This document shows positions 44,717 to 57,000 of a stretch of DNA of 64,000 nucleotides, piece after piece; position 1 is the stretch's first letter, and each line of letters starts with the position of its first letter. The DNA is taken from sequence record OL362041.1; one strand, given 5' to 3'. The stretch is from Escherichia phage vB_Eco_OMNI12. The position numbers and the translations under genes are program-made. The notes under the pieces are model-generated. The model had not been told where the DNA came from, made no database searches, and saw nothing but the letters and a program-made list of their open reading frames with translations.

Positions 44717-46981
44717 TCATAATTTACAGGATGAACAATCTTCAGCTTTTGGAGTTTCTATTTCATAATCATCAGTACCAGAACCATCACGGGTATTATG
44801 ATAATAGAAATTTTTAATGCCATAATACCATCCGTATAGCATGTCATCAATCATTATTGACATTGGAACCTTTCCTTTTGGAAAAATCTGCGGGTCATAG
44901 TATGTATTCGCTGAAGCTGATTGACATACCCATTTCAGCATAATAGCTACCTGCGTAAGATAAGGTTTATTACCTTTCTTAGCTAATTTCCATGTATAAT
45001 CATAGAGGTCTATGTTATGCTCAATATTGGGCACGACTTGATTAAAGGAGCCCTCTTTTGATTCTTTAACAGAGACTGGTCCACGTGGAGGCTCGATACC
45101 GTTTGTACTGTTAGAAACTTGGGAAGATGACTCACATGGCATAAGTGCTGATAATGTGCTATTACGGATGCCAAAGAGCTTAAGGTCTTCCCGCAGCGCC
45201 GACCAGTCACAAACGTATTTTGGAGCTGCGATTTGGTCAATCTTTTTATTGTACCAGTCGATAGGTAATTCGCCTCGAGACCAACGAGTGTCTGAATAAT
45301 ATTCGCAAGGTCCTTTTTCTTTGGCGAGCTTAATGGATGCTTTAATGAGCCCATACTGTAATCTCTCAAATAGTTCATGTGTTAAATCGTTAGCATCTTC
45401 ATAAGAAGCAAAGTTACTTGCCAGCCAAGCTGCATAGTTGGTAACACCTACACCGAGGTTACGGCGCTTTTTAGCTTTTTCTGCTTCAGGAACTGGATAT
45501 CCTTGGTAATCCAAAAGATTATCAAGAGCACGAACTTGAACTTCTGCCAATTCATTAATTTTATCTTGGTCTTGCCAGTCAAAATTATCTAGTACGAATG
45601 CAGAGAGAGTACACAATCCAATTTCAGCATCAGGACTATTCACATCATTTGTTGGAATAGCAATTTCACAACACAAGTTGCTCTGACGAATAGGTGCCTT
45701 TTCACGAATAAACGGAGTATAGTTATTCGTATTATCTATGAACTGTACATAAATCCTTGCTGTTCCTGAGCGTTCAGTCATGAGTAATTCAAACAGTTCA
45801 CGGGCTTTAATACGCTTTTTACGAATATTAGGGTCTTTTTCTGCGGCTTCGTATAATTCACGGAAACGGTCTTGGTCTTTAAAATAAGAATAATAAAGCT
45901 CGCCACCCATTTCATGCGGACTGAACAAAGTAATGTAATCGTTCTTTCCAAAACGTTCCATCATCAAATCATTCAGCTGAACACCATAATCCATATGACG
46001 AATGCGGTTTTCTTCTACGCCTTTGTTATTTTTCAAAACGAGAAGATTTTCAACTTCCAAATGCCAAATAGGATAATAAGCAGTAGCAGCGCCGCCACGA
46101 ATTCCGCCCTGTGAACATGATTTAACAGCAGTCTGAAAATGTTTCCAAAAAGGAATAACACCAGTATGGCGTACTTCACCCATGCCAATCTTAGAACCTT
46201 CAGCACGAATCATACCAACGTTAATACCAATTCCAGCACGTTTGGAGATATATTCAACAATTGAAGCAGAAGCCTTATTAATAGACTTTAATGAATCACC
46301 TGCCTCAATAACAACGCATGAACTAAACTGCCGAGTTGGAGTACGGCAACCAGCCATAATAGGAGTTGGTAATGAAATCTGTCGAGTAGATACTGCTTCA
46401 TAAAAACGAATAACATGTTTTAATCTATCAACAGGTTCATCTTGATGCAATGCCATTCCAATAGTCATAAATGCAAACTGTGGAGTTTCATAAATTTGAC
46501 CAGTGGTTTTATCTTTAACTAGATATTTTTCTTTTAATTGCATCGCCCCGGAATAAGTAAATTCCATATCCCGCTCGTGCTTAATTTTTGATTCTAAAAA
46601 TGTAATTTCTTCTGCTGAATATTTTGACAATAATTCAGGGTCATATTTACCTTCATTTACACAGTAAGAAATATGGTCAATAAATGAACGTGGTTCATAC
46701 TGCCCATAAACATGCTTACGAAGAGCAAACATTAAACAGCGTGCAGCTACATATTGATAATCAGGTTCTTCAACCGAAATAGAATTCGCAGCGGCCTTAA
46801 TGACAATAGTCTGAATATCATCAGTTGTCATTCCATCACGGAGATAAGATTTAATATTTTCATATAATTCATAAGGATCTACTGATGTTCCCTCAGCTGC
46901 CCAAGATAAAACTTTAATAATTTTTTGTGGGTCAAAGCTCTGAGAAACACCACTACTTTTGATAACATTAATTAATTGCAT
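44717..46981 (-). CDS. nrdA: ribonucleotide reductase alpha subunit
   Basis: 754 aa; ATP-cone N-terminus and catalytic Cys motifs (NLCCEIAIP, CESSS). Confidence 0.9.
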   Translation of the reverse strand: MQLINVIKSSGVSQSFDPQKIIKVLSWAAEGTSVDPYELYENIKSYLRDGMTTDDIQTIVIKAAANSISVEEPDYQYVAARCLMFALRKHVYGQYEPRSFIDHISYCVNEGKYDPELLSKYSAEEITFLESKIKHERDMEFTYSGAMQLKEKYLVKDKTTGQIYETPQFAFMTIGMALHQDEPVDRLKHVIRFYEAVSTRQISLPTPIMAGCRTPTRQFSSCVVIEAGDSLKSINKASASIVEYISKRAGIGINVGMIRAEGSKIGMGEVRHTGVIPFWKHFQTAVKSCSQGGIRGGAATAYYPIWHLEVENLLVLKNNKGVEENRIRHMDYGVQLNDLMMERFGKNDYITLFSPHEMGGELYYSYFKDQDRFRELYEAAEKDPNIRKKRIKARELFELLMTERSGTARIYVQFIDNTNNYTPFIREKAPIRQSNLCCEIAIPTNDVNSPDAEIGLCTLSAFVLDNFDWQDQDKINELAEVQVRALDNLLDYQGYPVPEAEKAKKRRNLGVGVTNYAAWLASNFASYEDANDLTHELFERLQYGLIKASIKLAKEKGPCEYYSDTRWSRGELPIDWYNKKIDQIAAPKYVCDWSALREDLKLFGIRNSTLSALMPCESSSQVSNSTNGIEPPRGPVSVKESKEGSFNQVVPNIEHNIDLYDYTWKLAKKGNKPYLTQVAIMLKWVCQSASANTYYDPQIFPKGKVPMSIMIDDMLYGWYYGIKNFYYHNTRDGSGTDDYEIETPKAEDCSSCKL

Positions 46982-47298
46982 AAGTCCTCAACTTGAAAAT
47001 CGTCTTTAAACAATCGGTTAACTATATGAGCTATTATATCACCATGACACGGCTTTGGTTTACATGTGCATCCTAGCCTCATTCCACGTAAAGGCTCTAA
47101 ATGTGCTTTAGTTATTTCTCCGGATTTAATTCGACGTATAAAATCTTTTTTGAATAATTCAATGGCAGCCTCCCGGCTGCCAGCATCTTTACCGACGTAA
47201 TTTCCCCAAAATGTACCACGGTGAATATTAACATCAAAGTCGGATTTGTATTTATTCACTACCCGACATAGACGGCCCGCGCGGTGATAATTCGGCAT
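46972..47298 (-). CDS. DUF4326-like protein (nrdA.1 position)
   Basis: 108 aa; WGN...[12 protein letters not shown] pattern. Confidence 0.5.
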   Translation of the reverse strand: MPNYHRAGRLCRVVNKYKSDFDVNIHRGTFWGNYVGKDAGSREAAIELFKKDFIRRIKSGEITKAHLEPLRGMRLGCTCKPKPCHGDIIAHIVNRLFKDDFQVEDLCN

Positions 47299-47515
47299 AT
47301 TGTTTTTCCGTTAAAACAGTAATATCGTAGTAACAGTCAGAAGAAGTTTTAACTGTGGAAATTTTATTATCAAAATACTCACGAGTCATTTTATGAGTAT
47401 AATATTTTTTGCCATAAATGATAATAGGCTGATTTGGTCCTGGAACTTCTAGCTCACTTGGATTAGGAAGTGTAAAAAGAACTACACCAGAAGTATCTTT
47501 AAATCGTAAAATCAT
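47252..47515 (-). CDS. hypothetical protein (nrdA.2 position)
   Basis: 87 aa ORF; 47-nt overlap with downstream ORF. Confidence 0.4.
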   Translation of the reverse strand: MILRFKDTSGVVLFTLPNPSELEVPGPNQPIIIYGKKYYTHKMTREYFDNKISTVKTSSDCYYDITVLTEKQYAELSPRGPSMSGSE

Positions 47516-48372
47516 ATTGCCATTTTCCCTTTAATTGCTGGATGCGATTCATAATTTTCAAGGATAAAATCTTTCGGTTTCATGTATTCAGTTAACCAGT
47601 AAAGCTGTGTTTCGGTGTCACAATTTCCAAACTCTATAGGCCAATCAATTTTAAGTTCACATAGTTCTTTAGGCTCACGACGTAAAATTTCTTTACATTG
47701 CTCAGTATGATTCATATAGATGTGAGTATTACCACCAGAAAATATCAAATCTCCTGGGATAAGATTACACATCTTAGCCACAATATGCGTCAAGGCAGCG
47801 TACGAGGCAATGTTGAATGGCAATCCCAAGAAAACATCTACACTTCTTTGGTACCATTGTAAATCAAGATAACCATTACGCACATTAAACTGATAGAACA
47901 TATGACAGGGCGGTAATGCCATTTGATTGATTTCAGCTGGATTCCATGCTGAAACGATTTGACGTCGATCAGTTGGTAATTTTTTAATACGATCAATAGT
48001 TTCAACTAATTGATCCACACCGCCGAAATCACGCCATTGTTTACCGTATATAGGACCAAGTTCACCACTATGATATCCTAGGTCTTTAGCCTGGTTTTCA
48101 TAGTTATCGTCCCAAATAGTTTTACCTTGAATAAGACTACCATGTGTGCGAAGACGTAAATCATTAACATTGGTAGAACCGGAAATAAACCATAGAAGCT
48201 CAGCAATGCATGCATTCCATGCAAGCTTCTTAGTTGTTACCGCAGGAAAACCTTTAGTTAAATCCCAACGTAATTTAGTACCGAACAAAGCAATTGTTCC
48301 TGTGCCTGTTCGGTCATCGGTTTCATAGCCATTTTCAAAAATGTCTTTAATTAAATCTTGGTATTGTTTCAT
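47512..48372 (-). CDS. td: thymidylate synthase, uninterrupted
   Basis: 286 aa continuous ORF; catalytic PPCH motif ([11 protein letters not shown]). Confidence 0.9.
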   Translation of the reverse strand: MKQYQDLIKDIFENGYETDDRTGTGTIALFGTKLRWDLTKGFPAVTTKKLAWNACIAELLWFISGSTNVNDLRLRTHGSLIQGKTIWDDNYENQAKDLGYHSGELGPIYGKQWRDFGGVDQLVETIDRIKKLPTDRRQIVSAWNPAEINQMALPPCHMFYQFNVRNGYLDLQWYQRSVDVFLGLPFNIASYAALTHIVAKMCNLIPGDLIFSGGNTHIYMNHTEQCKEILRREPKELCELKIDWPIEFGNCDTETQLYWLTEYMKPKDFILENYESHPAIKGKMAI

Positions 48373-48417
48373 TTAGTACCTTATATAAATTATAATACAT
48401 TTTATGAAGCTAAATAA

Positions 48418-48765
48418 TCAATACGGTTTAGCATCAAATTTTCTCTCAATTTCAGGCGTGAAATATAATTCTTTACCGCGTTTGGAAAAGCGACCAATAA
48501 TATGATAATTATTCTCATCAAACGTGATATTACCAATATCCATAGCTTTCAACCAAATATCGATATTTCTATCCAGCTTTATGTCAAAATTCCAATACGG
48601 AGAACTATTACCGAAAATACTGCAAGCGGATTCAGTGAAACAACTGCTATAAATCTTGTCTTTAGGAACTACTAATTGATAGACACCTTTAATAAACTGA
48701 GGACCCTGCCACTTTGGCTGTTTCGTGTCTTTTTCTAATAGAATAGGGTAATAATTAAAATTCAT
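48418..48765 (-). CDS. hypothetical protein between frd and td
   Basis: 115 aa ORF; no motif recognised. Confidence 0.45.
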   Translation of the reverse strand: MNFNYYPILLEKDTKQPKWQGPQFIKGVYQLVVPKDKIYSSCFTESACSIFGNSSPYWNFDIKLDRNIDIWLKAMDIGNITFDENNYHIIGRFSKRGKELYFTPEIERKFDAKPY

Positions 48766-48784
48766 ATTTCCGCCACGCGTTATT

Positions 48785-49611
<827 letters not shown>

Positions 49612-49621
49612 ATTATTTTCC

Positions 49622-49864
49622 TTAAACAGACTTTTTCACAATTTTCCAATCAGCTTTAAACTGATCGACGTCAGAGTGATAAATCCAAAATCCTGCGCTT
49701 TCACCGTCTTCATAAAGCGGACACCCATCACATTCATCTTCCCATCCCATGCCACGTAAAAGGTGTTCAGCTTTTTCAACAAGTTCAGAATCTTTACCGA
49801 TGATATTAAAATACCATTTACCTCTAACTTCTGAATCTTTGATGCTCTGGCGTTGTAATCTCAT
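49622..49864 (-). CDS. hypothetical protein (frd.2-like position)
   Basis: 80 aa ORF. Confidence 0.45.
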   Translation of the reverse strand: MRLQRQSIKDSEVRGKWYFNIIGKDSELVEKAEHLLRGMGWEDECDGCPLYEDGESAGFWIYHSDVDQFKADWKIVKKSV

Positions 49865-49874
49865 TTTATTCTCC

Positions 49875-49943
49875 TTAGCAAGCTTTAATCAAAAGATATA
49901 AACAGACCAACATAACTGCTGCCATAATATAAGGTGCGAACAT
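49875..49943 (-). CDS. candidate 22-aa hydrophobic micro-peptide (MFAPYIMAAVMLVCLYLLIKAC); not in the supplied ORF track
   Basis: Hand-translated; GGAG about 9 nt upstream of ATG. Confidence 0.3.
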   Translation of the reverse strand: MFAPYIMAAVMLVCLYLLIKAC

Positions 49944-50002
49944 TTTCTTTTCTCCATTAGTTTTGATAGGGTAATAGTATCACACTACTACCCTTCTGTA
50001 AA

Positions 50003-50368
50003 CTACTTTTTGAAAGTTTTTCGCAAAAGTTCAATGATTTCATCTACATTGTTTTCGTCAACAATGCAGTGAATTTTTGTTACGCCAGAAACTTTGTCTT
50101 TGACTTCATCTTCTTCAGAAGTCGGTTCTTTATACTCACGAAAACAATGAAATTCGTCTTCACAAACGTTAAAGTAAAAATGCTTTCCATTTGCGCATTC
50201 AATGTGTTTTATTACTCTAAATCCATCAACAAAGAAAGCTTCTTTAACTTCAAACCATCCGCCATTTTCTTGAATAATTTTAACTATTGCTGAATTAGAA
50301 CGTGGGCGATAATTAATAAATGTATCAATAAGTCTTGGAACAAGTTCATACTTTTTACCGATATACAT
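50003..50368 (-). CDS. hypothetical protein (frd.3-like position)
   Basis: 121 aa ORF. Confidence 0.45.
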   Translation of the reverse strand: MYIGKKYELVPRLIDTFINYRPRSNSAIVKIIQENGGWFEVKEAFFVDGFRVIKHIECANGKHFYFNVCEDEFHCFREYKEPTSEEDEVKDKVSGVTKIHCIVDENNVDEIIELLRKTFKK

Positions 50369-50412
50369 TATGTTTTCCTCATTTTAACGGGGCTGTAATA
50401 GCCCCTTGATAA

Positions 50413-50706
50413 TTATTGTTCAATCAATCCCATGTAAAATTCTGCGTCTTCAGAATCCATACCATCACAATATTCATTAGCCATAAAGCGGGTGAGGTCT
50501 TCAAGAGGACCTTCAATGACAATAGAAAAATTGCAATAATTGGGATCATCGTGAATACTTGTGATACTAAGTTCAGGATAACGATTACGAATAATTTCTT
50601 CGATATATTCAAAATCAACGATGTCAATATCAACTTTAGCCATATTATTTTCCTCTTTAATCATCAGCAGTATTGCCGATAGTTGTATAGTACCATGGAA
50701 GGACAA
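50413..50706 (-). CDS. hypothetical protein
   Basis: 97 aa ORF downstream of gene 32. Confidence 0.45.
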   Translation of the reverse strand: MSFHGTIQLSAILLMIKEENNMAKVDIDIVDFEYIEEIIRNRYPELSITSIHDDPNYCNFSIVIEGPLEDLTRFMANEYCDGMDSEDAEFYMGLIEQ

Positions 50707-50747
50707 GGATGTAAACCGTTTTGTGAAAAAATTTTTGAAATAAAAAA

Positions 50748-50766
50748 GGGGACCTCTAGGGTCCCC
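50748..50766 (-). terminator. terminator downstream of gene 32
   Basis: GGGGACC-CTAG-AGGTCCCC then U6 on minus transcript. Confidence 0.75.
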
Positions 50767-50788
50767 AATTAATTAGTAATATAATCTG

Positions 50789-51697
50789 TTAAAGGTCATT
50801 CAAAAGGTCATCTAGATCCGTGTCATCAGCACTAGATGAACTGCCAGAGCTTGAGCTCATAAAATCATCTTCAGTTTTTGTTTTGAAGTCATCAACATTG
50901 AATGCATCCAAATCATCAGCAACTTTATCAGCTTTCTTAGCGGCAGTTGCAGCGGCACCACCCATTGCAGCAGTTCCCATAACTTGACTGAACTTAGTGC
51001 TCAGTTCTTCAAATGATTTGAATTTATCTTTAGAAGTCATTTCAGAAAGGTCAACCATTTGTTCGAACAGTTCTTTCTGGAAAGATTCATCGTCAATGTT
51101 TGGAATCGCAGATTGATTCAGGAATTTAGATTCGTCGTAGTTACTAAAACCAGAAACTTGTTTAACTTTCAGTACAAAGTTAGCACCTTCCCACGGACAA
51201 GTTACATCAACCGGAGTTTCACCCATTTCAACATCAACCGCAATCATTGCATTGATTTTATCCCAGATTTTCTTACCGAAACGATATTTAAATACTTTAC
51301 CTTCGTTTTCTGGAGCAGCTGGGTCTTTTACAACAAGAATGTTAGCCCAGTAAGAAGTTTTACGTTTAACAAGACTGTACTCTTTATTGTCAGTGTTGTA
51401 CAAATCATTTTTACTGATATACTGACATACTGGACAAGAATCGTAATCACCGTGGGTAGATGAACATGTTTCAATATACCATTTACCATTTTTCTTGAAA
51501 CCGTGATTTACAAGAATTGCGAATGGTGCTTGTTCATCATTTTTAGACGGAAGAAAACGAATTACTGCTTGACCGTTACCCGCATTATCGAGTTTCAGTT
51601 TCCACTCGCCTTTATCTTCAGAAGAAAAACCACCTTTATTTCCAGCCAGTTTAGCCATTTGTGCAGCGAGTTCAGCAGTAGATTTACGTTTAAACAT
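50789..51697 (-). CDS. 32: single-stranded DNA-binding protein
   Basis: 302 aa; zinc-binding Cys/His cluster and acidic Ser/Asp-rich C-terminus; T4-type leader and terminator. Confidence 0.9.
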   Translation of the reverse strand: MFKRKSTAELAAQMAKLAGNKGGFSSEDKGEWKLKLDNAGNGQAVIRFLPSKNDEQAPFAILVNHGFKKNGKWYIETCSSTHGDYDSCPVCQYISKNDLYNTDNKEYSLVKRKTSYWANILVVKDPAAPENEGKVFKYRFGKKIWDKINAMIAVDVEMGETPVDVTCPWEGANFVLKVKQVSGFSNYDESKFLNQSAIPNIDDESFQKELFEQMVDLSEMTSKDKFKSFEELSTKFSQVMGTAAMGGAAATAAKKADKVADDLDAFNVDDFKTKTEDDFMSSSSGSSSSADDTDLDDLLNDL

Positions 51698-51770
51698 TTT
51701 TATTTCCTTTTTAATTTAATTAACAGTTGGTGCTATGACGATGTATGACCTCATAGCTGGTCAGTGAGAT
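51698..51770 (-). promoter_or_regulatory. gene 32 autoregulatory translational operator / leader
   Basis: Minus transcript reads ...UUAAUUAAAUUAAAAAGGAAAUAAAAAUG as in T4 gene 32 leader. Confidence 0.6.
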
Positions 51771-51780
51771 AATTATAATC

Positions 51781-51788
51781 TATTTATA
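51781..51788 (-). promoter_or_regulatory. late promoter TATAAATA (minus strand) upstream of gene 32
   Basis: TATTTATA on plus strand. Confidence 0.55.
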
Positions 51789-51796
51789 ATAAGCAA

Positions 51797-52450
51797 TTAA
51801 TACTTGCAAGATTTCACAGTTTCAATGAAAACATTTTTAGCTTTCTGTGAATCAATATTTAAAATTTTTCTATAAGCCTTTAACTTTATAGAATAATTAT
51901 TCCAGACTAAATTATCAGTCTGTTCATCATGTTTATCAATTATATTTAAAAACGAATCAAGCAAGATAAACGTCTCAAACGAAATTATGTTCGATTGCAG
52001 AAGTTTAAAAATATAACTTGACTGAACCTTTGGATTATATTCAAAGATTTCTTTAAAAGCAGAAACTTCAACTTTTTTACTAAAATAATAAATGTTGCGA
52101 ATATCTTCTTCAAACTTAAATTTAATTTGCTTTAAGCGTCCGATATATTCACGATAAAACACAAGTGCATCAGCGTCAGAGATGTCACCAATCCAAGCAT
52201 CTTGGTTAGCAACCAAATTACTTATAAAAATTAAAGCAAGTTCCTTTAATTTATATTTTTCTGATAACTTCTGGAAAAAATACTTATCCCTTCGCCTTTG
52301 ATAAGCGGCATCAGACACCCGCATGCACCAATTATACTTAATAACATCATACTTTCCATTCATATGTTGTTTTATCATTAAGTATAATTTATAAACTGAT
52401 TTACCATCAATGTATCTTTCACCACCAGCAGGCATGCGGAGTTTAATCAT
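51797..52450 (-). CDS. 59: helicase loader gp59
   Basis: 217 aa as T4 gp59; position upstream of gene 32. Confidence 0.8.
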   Translation of the reverse strand: MIKLRMPAGGERYIDGKSVYKLYLMIKQHMNGKYDVIKYNWCMRVSDAAYQRRRDKYFFQKLSEKYKLKELALIFISNLVANQDAWIGDISDADALVFYREYIGRLKQIKFKFEEDIRNIYYFSKKVEVSAFKEIFEYNPKVQSSYIFKLLQSNIISFETFILLDSFLNIIDKHDEQTDNLVWNNYSIKLKAYRKILNIDSQKAKNVFIETVKSCKY

Positions 52451-52785
52451 AGCAGAAAATCTAATGTATTAGTTTTTTCACAACGAACAACAGAAGGACG
52501 TAAAAGATTTTCGTCAATGGCTTCTGACTGAATTTTTTCAATTATACCCGAAGGAATAAATTTAGCAAATTGAGTTTCAGGAATAGAGTTTTCTTCCAAG
52601 AATGCTGTCGTAGCTTCAAGATAACTCATTCCAAATTCTTCTACCATTTTTTCAATAATAAATCCATTTTCTTGACGATCAAGAAGCTTTGCTATTTCAT
52701 CCTTTTCTTTCTTGATTGAAAGTTCTTTTTCTGAAAGACCGGTCTCATCGACCGGACGAATGTCATTTAGAGAAAACTGTGTCAT
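52447..52785 (-). CDS. 33: late transcription co-activator gp33
   Basis: ORF 52447..52794; internal Met gives 112 aa. Confidence 0.7.
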   Translation of the reverse strand: MTQFSLNDIRPVDETGLSEKELSIKKEKDEIAKLLDRQENGFIIEKMVEEFGMSYLEATTAFLEENSIPETQFAKFIPSGIIEKIQSEAIDENLLRPSVVRCEKTNTLDFLL

Positions 52786-53032
52786 AAAGTTCAACTACCT
52801 CTTCAGTTTCAGCTTCAAACACATCACGGTTATCTTTATGATACAAAGCTAATAGACGATTAAACATCTTACCATCAACGCCAAGTTCATCTTTAGCACG
52901 AATTCGAATATCTTTAATCAGTTCATTATAACCGGAAATTTTCAGTTTATGATCAGATGCTTCTTTAATAAATTTAGCCAAGTCTTCGCCATGGATAGCT
53001 TCATCAAATTCAACCATTTCTTTTTTAGCCAT
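52763..53032 (-). CDS. dsbA: dsDNA-binding protein DsbA
   Basis: 89 aa as T4 DsbA; position between rnh and 33. Confidence 0.7.
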   Translation of the reverse strand: MAKKEMVEFDEAIHGEDLAKFIKEASDHKLKISGYNELIKDIRIRAKDELGVDGKMFNRLLALYHKDNRDVFEAETEEVVELYDTVFSK

Positions 53033-53040
53033 TATTCACC

Positions 53041-53958
53041 TCAAAATTCATTAATGCTATTAGTTAATTTAGAAAGACCCGCTTTTACAAAATATGAATA
53101 AATTTTGCCACGCGGTGGTAATTTATATGAATTATAGTAATTCACAATGTTTGAAGCAATATTATCAGGAATATAATCAAAATCAATTAGAACTAAATTT
53201 TCTTTATAACGATTATATTCAGATTCTGTGAGAAGCACCTTAGCTTGCTCACGGTCATTAGCAATAGCTTCAACGATTGAAGTTTTCATTGAAGGAGTCC
53301 GTTCACCTTCAACTCTGGTAAACCAAAAGTCAGAACGTACTTTAACTGAAGCAACGTTATCCTTTTTGTCACCCTTAAGAATTTTAGTCATACAATCAAT
53401 TTCAGCAGAACCGCTTTTAATTTTAACCCATTTCTTGTGCATCGGTGACCATTGCTTAACATTTGGATATTTGTGAAGCTGTGTAAAGTCACCGTCCGAT
53501 GAAATGATTAAAATCTTGTGTCCTTCTAAAGAGAACTTTTTAACAAGAACAGCAATGTGATCATCTGCTTCATACTTATCAATATCCATAACAATGTATG
53601 GCATATAAGCTTTCAATTCATCTATAACTTTATGACTGGATTCAAAATAACCTTCCCAGTCCCAAGTAGATTCTTCTCGTGCTTTTCCACGGTTTTTCTT
53701 GTAATAGTAAGCAAAATCACGACGCCAGTATCCAGATTTCGCGTTATCAATACACAGCACAATTTTAGTGTATCCAAGCGTTTTTGCTTTTTTGACATTA
53801 AACTTAATTGAGTTCAATATCAAATGACGAACCATCGATAAATTAATTTTTTCTTTATCTGGGAAGTTTACCAGAGCAGTTGAAAGAGCAATTTGACTAA
53901 AGTCAATAAAGCAAATTCCTTCTTTGTAATCTTCATCCAGCATCATTTCTAAATCCAT
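53041..53958 (-). CDS. rnh: RNase H / 5'-3' flap exonuclease
   Basis: ORF 53041..53973; internal Met gives 305 aa; acidic metal-binding residues. Confidence 0.85.
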   Translation of the reverse strand: MDLEMMLDEDYKEGICFIDFSQIALSTALVNFPDKEKINLSMVRHLILNSIKFNVKKAKTLGYTKIVLCIDNAKSGYWRRDFAYYYKKNRGKAREESTWDWEGYFESSHKVIDELKAYMPYIVMDIDKYEADDHIAVLVKKFSLEGHKILIISSDGDFTQLHKYPNVKQWSPMHKKWVKIKSGSAEIDCMTKILKGDKKDNVASVKVRSDFWFTRVEGERTPSMKTSIVEAIANDREQAKVLLTESEYNRYKENLVLIDFDYIPDNIASNIVNYYNSYKLPPRGKIYSYFVKAGLSKLTNSINEF

Positions 53959-54020
53959 ATGAACCTCGTTCAATTAGTGAGATTTCTATTATATACTATC
54001 TAAATCTTAAAGTAAACAGG

Positions 54021-54028
54021 TATAAATA
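54021..54028 (+). promoter_or_regulatory. late promoter TATAAATA for gene 34
   Basis: Exact TATAAATA 35 nt upstream of start. Confidence 0.65.
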
Positions 54029-54062
54029 CTTATTATTGAAAACACAATAGGAGCCCGGGAGA

Positions 54063-57000
54063 ATGGCCGAGATTAAAAGAAAGTTCAGAGCAGAAGATGG
54101 TCTGGACGCAGGTGGCGATAAAATAATCAACGTAGCTTTAGCTGATCGTACCGTAGGAACTGACGGTGTTAACGTTGATTACTTAATTCAAGAAAACACA
54201 GTTCAGCAATATGATCCAACTCGTGGATATTTAAAAGATTTTGTAATCATTTATAATAATCGTTTTTGGGCAGCAACGGATAATATTCCAAAACCTGCTG
54301 GAAATTTTAATAGAATTCGTTGGAAAGCATTACGTACTGATGCCGTATATACAACCGTATCATCTGGACCATATCAATTAAAATCCGGAGAAGCAATTTC
54401 AGTAGATACATCAGTTGGCAATGACATTGAGTTTACTTTACCACCTTCTCCGCTTGATGGAGAAACCGTAATAATTCAAGATATCGGTGGAAAACCTGGC
54501 ATAAATCAGGTTAAAATAAATTCTTCAAATCAGAGTATTGTCAATTTTAGAGGTGAACAAGTACGTTCAGTTTTAATGACTCATCCAAAGTCACAGATGA
54601 TATTCATTTTTAATAATCGTTTGTGGCAAATGTATGTTGCTGATTATAGCAGAGAAGCTGCGATTGTTACTCCATCGACTGCGTATCAAGCACAATCTAA
54701 TGATTTTATCGTACGTAGATTTACTTCTGCTGCACCAATTAATGTTAAACTTCCGAGATTTGCTAATCATGGCGATATTATTAATTTCGTCGATTTGGAC
54801 AAATTAAATCCACTTTATCATACAATTGTTACTACATACGATGAAACAACTTCAGTACAAGAAGTTGGAACTCATTCCATTGAAGGTCGTACATCGATTG
54901 ATGGTTTCTTAATGTATGATGATAATGAAAAATTGTGGAGATTGTTTGACGGGGATAGTAAAGCACGTTTACGTATTATAACAACTAATTCTAGTATTCG
55001 TCCAAATGAAGAAGTTATGGTATTTGGAGCGAATAACGGAACAACCCAAACAATTGAACTTCAGCTTCCAACTGATATTTCTATTGGTGATACTGTTAAA
55101 ATTTCCATGAATTACATGAGAAAAGGACAAACAGTTAAAATCAAAGCTGCTGGTGAAGATAAAATTGCTTCTTCAGTTCAATTGCTGCAATTCCCAAAAC
55201 GTTCAGAATATCCGCCTGAAGCTGAATGGGTAACAGTTCAAGAATTAGTTTTTAATGGTGAAACTAATTATGTTCCAGTTTTACAACTTGCTTATATAGA
55301 AGATTCTGATGGAAAATACTGGGTTGTACAGCAAAACGTTCCAACTGTAGAAAGAGTAGACTCTTTAAATGCTTCTACTAGAGCAAGATTAGGCGTAATT
55401 GCTTTAGCTACGCAAGCTCAAGCAAATGCTGATTTAGAAAATTCTCCACAAAAAGAATTGGCAATTACTCCAGAAACGTTAGCTAATCGTACTGCTACAG
55501 AAACTCGCAGAGGTATTGCAAGAATAGCAACTACTGCTCAAGTGAATCAGAACACCACATTCTCTTTTGCAGATGACCTTATCATCACTCCTAAAAAGCT
55601 GAATGAAAGAACTGCTACAGAAACTCGCAGAGGTGTCGCTGAAATTGCTACGCAGCAGGAAACTAATACAGGTACTGATGATACTACAATCATTACTCCT
55701 AAAAAGCTTCAAGCTCGCCAAGGTTCTGAATCATTATCTGGTATTGTAACTTTTGTATCTACCGCAGGAGCTACTCCAGCTTCTAGTCGTGAATTAAATG
55801 GTACGAATGTTTATAATAAAAACACTAATAATTTAGTTGTTTCACCTAAAGCTTTGGATCAGTATAAAGCTACTCCAACGCAACAAGGCGCAGTAATTTT
55901 AGCAGTTGAAAGTGAAGTAATTGCTGGACAAAGCCAAGAAGGATGGGCAAATGCGGTTGTAACACCAGAAACGTTACATAAAAAGACATCAACTGATGGA
56001 AGAATTGGTTTAATTGAAATTGCTACGCAAAGCGAAGTTAATACAGGAACTGATTATACTCGCGCAGTCACTCCTAAAACTTTAAATGACCGTAGAGCAA
56101 CTGAAAGTTTAAGTGGTATAGCTGAAATTGCTACACAGGTTGAATTCGACGCAGGCGTCGACGATACTCGTATCTCTACACCATTAAAAATTAAAACCAG
56201 ATTTAATAGTACTGATCGTACTTCTGTTGTTGCTCTATCTGGATTAGTTGAATCAGGAACTCTCTGGGACCATTATACCCTTAATATTCTTGAAGCAAAT
56301 GAGACACAGCGTGGTACACTTCGTGTAGCTACACAAGTTGAAGCTGCTGCAGGAACATTAGATAATGTTTTAATAACTCCTAAAAAGCTTTTAGGTACTA
56401 AATCTACCGAATCGCAAGAAGGTGTTATTAAAGTTGCAACTCAGTCTGAAACTGTGACTGGAACGTCAGCAAATACTGCTGTATCTCCAAAAAATTTAAA
56501 ATGGATTGTACAGAGTGAACCTACTTGGGCAGCTACTACTTTGGTAAGAGGTTTTGTTAAAACTTCATCTGGTTCAATTACATTCGTTGGTAATGATACG
56601 GTAGGTTCAACACAGTCATTAGAATTATATGAGAAAAATAGCTATGCAGTATCGCCATATGAATTAAACCGCGTATTAGCAAATTATTTGCCGTTAAAAG
56701 CAAAAGCTGTAGATAGTAATTTATTAGATGGTCTAGATTCGCTCCAGTTCATTCGTAGGGACATTGCACAAACAGTTAATGGTTCACTAACCTTAACCCA
56801 ACAAACGAATCTGAGTGCCCCTCTTGTATCATCTAGTACTGCTACATTCGGTGGATCAGTTTCAGCAAATAGTACATTAACTATTTCTAATACTGGAACG
56901 GCAACTCGTCTGATTTTTGAGAAAGGACCTCAAACTGGAACAAACCCAGCTCAAACGATGACAGTCAGAGTGTGGGGAAATCAATTTAGTGGGGAATCAG

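Noticed and set aside
43487-48372. Group I introns or HEG ORFs inside td, nrdB or nrdA
   Set aside because: All three genes translate as single uninterrupted ORFs of expected length; no internal ORF or intron-like insertion is visible.
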